A DNA stretch of 64,000 nt from Candidatus Aceula meridiana (GTDB lineage Bacteria; Omnitrophota; Gorgyraeia; Zapsychrales; Aceulaceae), in contig JAVCDE010000024.1 in assembly GCA_030765185.1 (NCBI GenBank), positions 187,538-251,537 on the forward strand, given 5' to 3'. A program made the position numbers and the translations under genes. Position 1 is the first letter of the stretch, and each line of letters begins with the position of its first letter. Under the pieces are notes generated by a model, which was not told the DNA's origin, made no database searches, and saw only the letters and a list, made by a program, of their open reading frames with translations. This document shows positions 61,729 to 64,000 of this stretch, one piece after another.

Positions 61729-62200
61729 GACATTTTTGCTTCCAGGTCGCCGGTGGCGAGAGATTTATAATATTGCTAACGCTAACCTCGATTAAATATT
61801 TAGGCGCAACAGGTAAATGCGCCTCATGATGCTTGTGAGACTTTTTTCCCATCCGGACGCTTTTGGCGACGCGCGTTGTAATACGGGATGCGACCTTTTT
61901 CTCCCATTCTTCCAAAATCGCTTCTTTAATTTTCACAAGAGGAATAATTTTGGCTTTTCCTTGAAGGCTGTATCCTTTAAATAGGTGCTCATCAACCGCT
62001 GTCAGGCTAATAGTTGGATTCTTTTTTAAATTGCAAAAAGTTCGATAAAGATACAGATCAATTAAAAAAATCTTTCCTGTGCCCTTAACACTGACAACGC
62101 CTTTAACCGAAGAATGAATTCTTCCTTTACTATCCAAGGTGGCCACAACAACCCCACCCTGCTTTTCAAAGAAATTTATAATATCTTTAGAAAGTTTCAT
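61715..62200 (-). CDS. Pyridoxamine 5'-phosphate oxidase-like FMN-binding protein
   Basis: PNPOx split-barrel-like N-terminus. 161 aa. Confidence 0.55.
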   Translation of the reverse strand: MKLSKDIINFFEKQGGVVVATLDSKGRIHSSVKGVVSVKGTGKIFLIDLYLYRTFCNLKKNPTISLTAVDEHLFKGYSLQGKAKIIPLVKIKEAILEEWEKKVASRITTRVAKSVRMGKKSHKHHEAHLPVAPKYLIEVSVSNIINLSPPATWKQKCHERD

Positions 62201-63378
62201 TTAGTGCTGACCTTTTCCTTGATTAAAGGTAAATACTCTTCTAGGCTTTTAATTTCATCACTGTCAGGCACAAACTGGATATATTTTCCATCGGTTAAAA
62301 GCTCAAAGCCTGCGTCCTTAATTGAATCTTCAAATTCTTTAAAACCAATTTTAGACCATCCGTAAGAGCCAAATGTTAACGCAAAACGATTTTTGGTTTT
62401 AAGGCCTTTAAGATACATTAAAAGTGCTGCCATGGTTGGAAGCATTCTATTGTTTAGTATCGGCGTACCAAACAATACAATCTTAGCCGTTAAAACATCT
62501 GTGACAATATCCGAAATGTGGGCTTCTTGAAGTCCAATCATTTTAACGGCGATACCGGTTTTATCAATAAGCTCTTGGAACCGCGTTGCCATCTGACGCG
62601 TCGAATTCCACATCGTATCATAGATGATTAAAACTTTATCGTCAGCCTCATAACTTGCCCACTTTTTGTAAGCAGCAACAATGGACTCAATGTCTTCTTT
62701 TTTGCGCCAAATAAGGCCGTGTGACGGTGCGATAACATCGATGGCTAAATCTTTAATAGCCTCAAGAACTTTTAAAACTTGATTTCCGTAAGGCATTACG
62801 ATGTTGGCATAATACTTAGCTGCATCTTCCATAAGAATATCGGTTCCATATTCATCTACATAACGTTCAGATGAGGCACGATGCTGACCAAAAGCATCAT
62901 TAGGAAATAAAATTTTATCTTGAGGGCTATATGTTGCCATGGAGTCCGGCCAATGCACCATCGGCATAAGTAAAAACTTTAACTTTCTTTTACCGATATC
63001 TAATTCATCGCCTGTGTTGACGACCTTAAACTTCCAATCTTTTTTAAAATGGCGCTTAAGCTCTTCCTCCCCTTTAGGCGAACAAACAATTTCGGCATTG
63101 GGGCAAAGCTCTAAAAGTTTATCGATAGAACCAGAGTGATCCATTTCAGTATGATTGGAAATAATATATTGAATTTTGGCAGGATCAATAATTTCTTTAA
63201 TTCTGGTAATCATCTCATCAGCGCCATAGTATTTGGCAGTGTCTATGAGCGTTGGTTTTTCATCAACGATTAAATAAGCGTTATAAGTTGAACCGGTTGG
63301 AGTTTCATAACCATGAAAATTGCGCAAATCCCAATCAATATATCCAGTCCAAAAGATATCCTCTTTAAGCTTATGCAT
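62197..63378 (-). CDS. fprA: Flavodiiron protein (rubredoxin:oxygen oxidoreductase / FprA)
   Basis: Metallo-beta-lactamase-like di-iron N-domain (HxExD-like HTEMDHSG) plus a C-terminal flavodoxin domain. Confidence 0.8.
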   Translation of the reverse strand: MHKLKEDIFWTGYIDWDLRNFHGYETPTGSTYNAYLIVDEKPTLIDTAKYYGADEMITRIKEIIDPAKIQYIISNHTEMDHSGSIDKLLELCPNAEIVCSPKGEEELKRHFKKDWKFKVVNTGDELDIGKRKLKFLLMPMVHWPDSMATYSPQDKILFPNDAFGQHRASSERYVDEYGTDILMEDAAKYYANIVMPYGNQVLKVLEAIKDLAIDVIAPSHGLIWRKKEDIESIVAAYKKWASYEADDKVLIIYDTMWNSTRQMATRFQELIDKTGIAVKMIGLQEAHISDIVTDVLTAKIVLFGTPILNNRMLPTMAALLMYLKGLKTKNRFALTFGSYGWSKIGFKEFEDSIKDAGFELLTDGKYIQFVPDSDEIKSLEEYLPLIKEKVSTK

Positions 63379-63403
63379 TTTTTCTCTCTCTTTAATTTAT
63401 TTT

Positions 63404-63565
63404 TTATTCAACAACTTCAAAGTCTTCCTTAGAAACTCCACATTCTGGGCAAACCCATGTGTCTGGAATGTCTTCAAAAGCAGTGCCTGCGGCAACACCG
63501 TTATCTGGATCACCGGCAACTGGATCATAGATATAGCCACAAACTGTGCATTTGTATTTTTTCAT
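63404..63565 (-). CDS. rd: Rubredoxin (53 aa). Not in the ORF track because it is under 60 aa.
   Basis: Minus-strand translation [53 protein letters not shown] with the canonical CxxCG...CPxCG pair. Confidence 0.8.
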   Translation of the reverse strand: MKKYKCTVCGYIYDPVAGDPDNGVAAGTAFEDIPDTWVCPECGVSKEDFEVVE

Positions 63566-63868
63566 AAATGAGCTCCTTCTTTAAAAGTTAATATAAATTA
63601 TTGAGCGAATTTATCCCAGGAAGTTCGCTTTTACTTTATGGCGAACGCCCGTGGGATTTCCTTAATCTACCTTAAAATCAAAATAATTCTTTTCTTCATC
63701 AATCCTTGCCAGAGTCAGCAAGGACGAGTTCGTCGTAATGAATCAAACGACTCACTCAGGAATGATTATTATATAGAAACTATTCCTATTGTCAAGAAAA
63801 AAATAGACACAGTTATCCGGATTGCCTAGCCTGGCAACTTGCTTTAGATTAAAAATTTTCTTTTGAAT

Positions 63869-64000
63869 TTACTGCGCGTAGCTTAGCTGAAGATTTTTAT
63901 CGCCTTCTTGAACGGCGCCAAGAAACACAGGAAGATTAACAACCGGGGTAACGCTAATAATAACTGGATAAAGTCCATTAATTTCGATATTTGAAGAGCT
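63869..64000 (-). CDS. 3' end (last 43 codons) of an unidentified gene entering from beyond the window end
   Basis: Open minus-strand frame from the window edge to a TAA at 63869-63871 (...VNLPVFLGAVQEGDKNLQLSYAQ*). Confidence 0.3.
   Translation of the reverse strand, partial: SSSNIEINGLYPVIISVTPVVNLPVFLGAVQEGDKNLQLSYAQ

Overview
This 64 kb window looks like chromosomal DNA from an AT-rich, anaerobic, Gram-negative (diderm) bacterium. I infer the diderm envelope from lpxB, an MsbA-like transporter and AsmA. I infer the anaerobic lifestyle from PFOR, anaerobic RNR NrdDG, rubrerythrin, superoxide reductase, a flavodiiron protein and rubredoxin. Almost all genes lie on the minus strand; only the Gfo/Idh/MocA-lpxB pair is on the plus strand.

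Recognisable content, in order:
- pilD, aroE, leuA, ilvC, pfkA, ahcY and metK.
- A PTS-Ntr-type module (ptsI, ptsH, a membrane-anchored YvcK-family protein, ptsN).
- A tRNA cluster (Gly-GCC, Leu-TAG, Lys-TTT).
- rpsB-tsf-pyrH-frr.
- A complete Bat aerotolerance locus: MoxR, DUF58, DUF4381-like, BatA to BatE.
- A 1091-aa orphan protein that is probably an (alpha/alpha)6 glycoside phosphorylase/hydrolase, next to a polysaccharide deacetylase.
- YqeY, DUF167, a DUF45 metalloprotease, two PilZ proteins, a Cas4-like Fe-S PD-(D/E)XK nuclease, AsmA, a Memo-AMMECR1 fusion, CcdA, PFOR, PckA, NrdDG, a radical SAM protein, and a PerR-centred O2/ROS detoxification island.

The most unusual element is a 2029-aa signal-peptide-bearing giant protein (41749..47838). 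It has a truncated paralog at the window start (1..952). Both copies share a conserved N-terminal module and a conserved upstream DNA box followed by a covarying hairpin. The giant protein also contains a cryptic HMGL-like (DRE-TIM metallolyase) half-barrel, and in-frame tandem duplications in its central region. I found no CRISPR array, transposase or integrase. Protein families were recognised by reading motifs; no database search was run, so family calls for the large orphan proteins are tentative.
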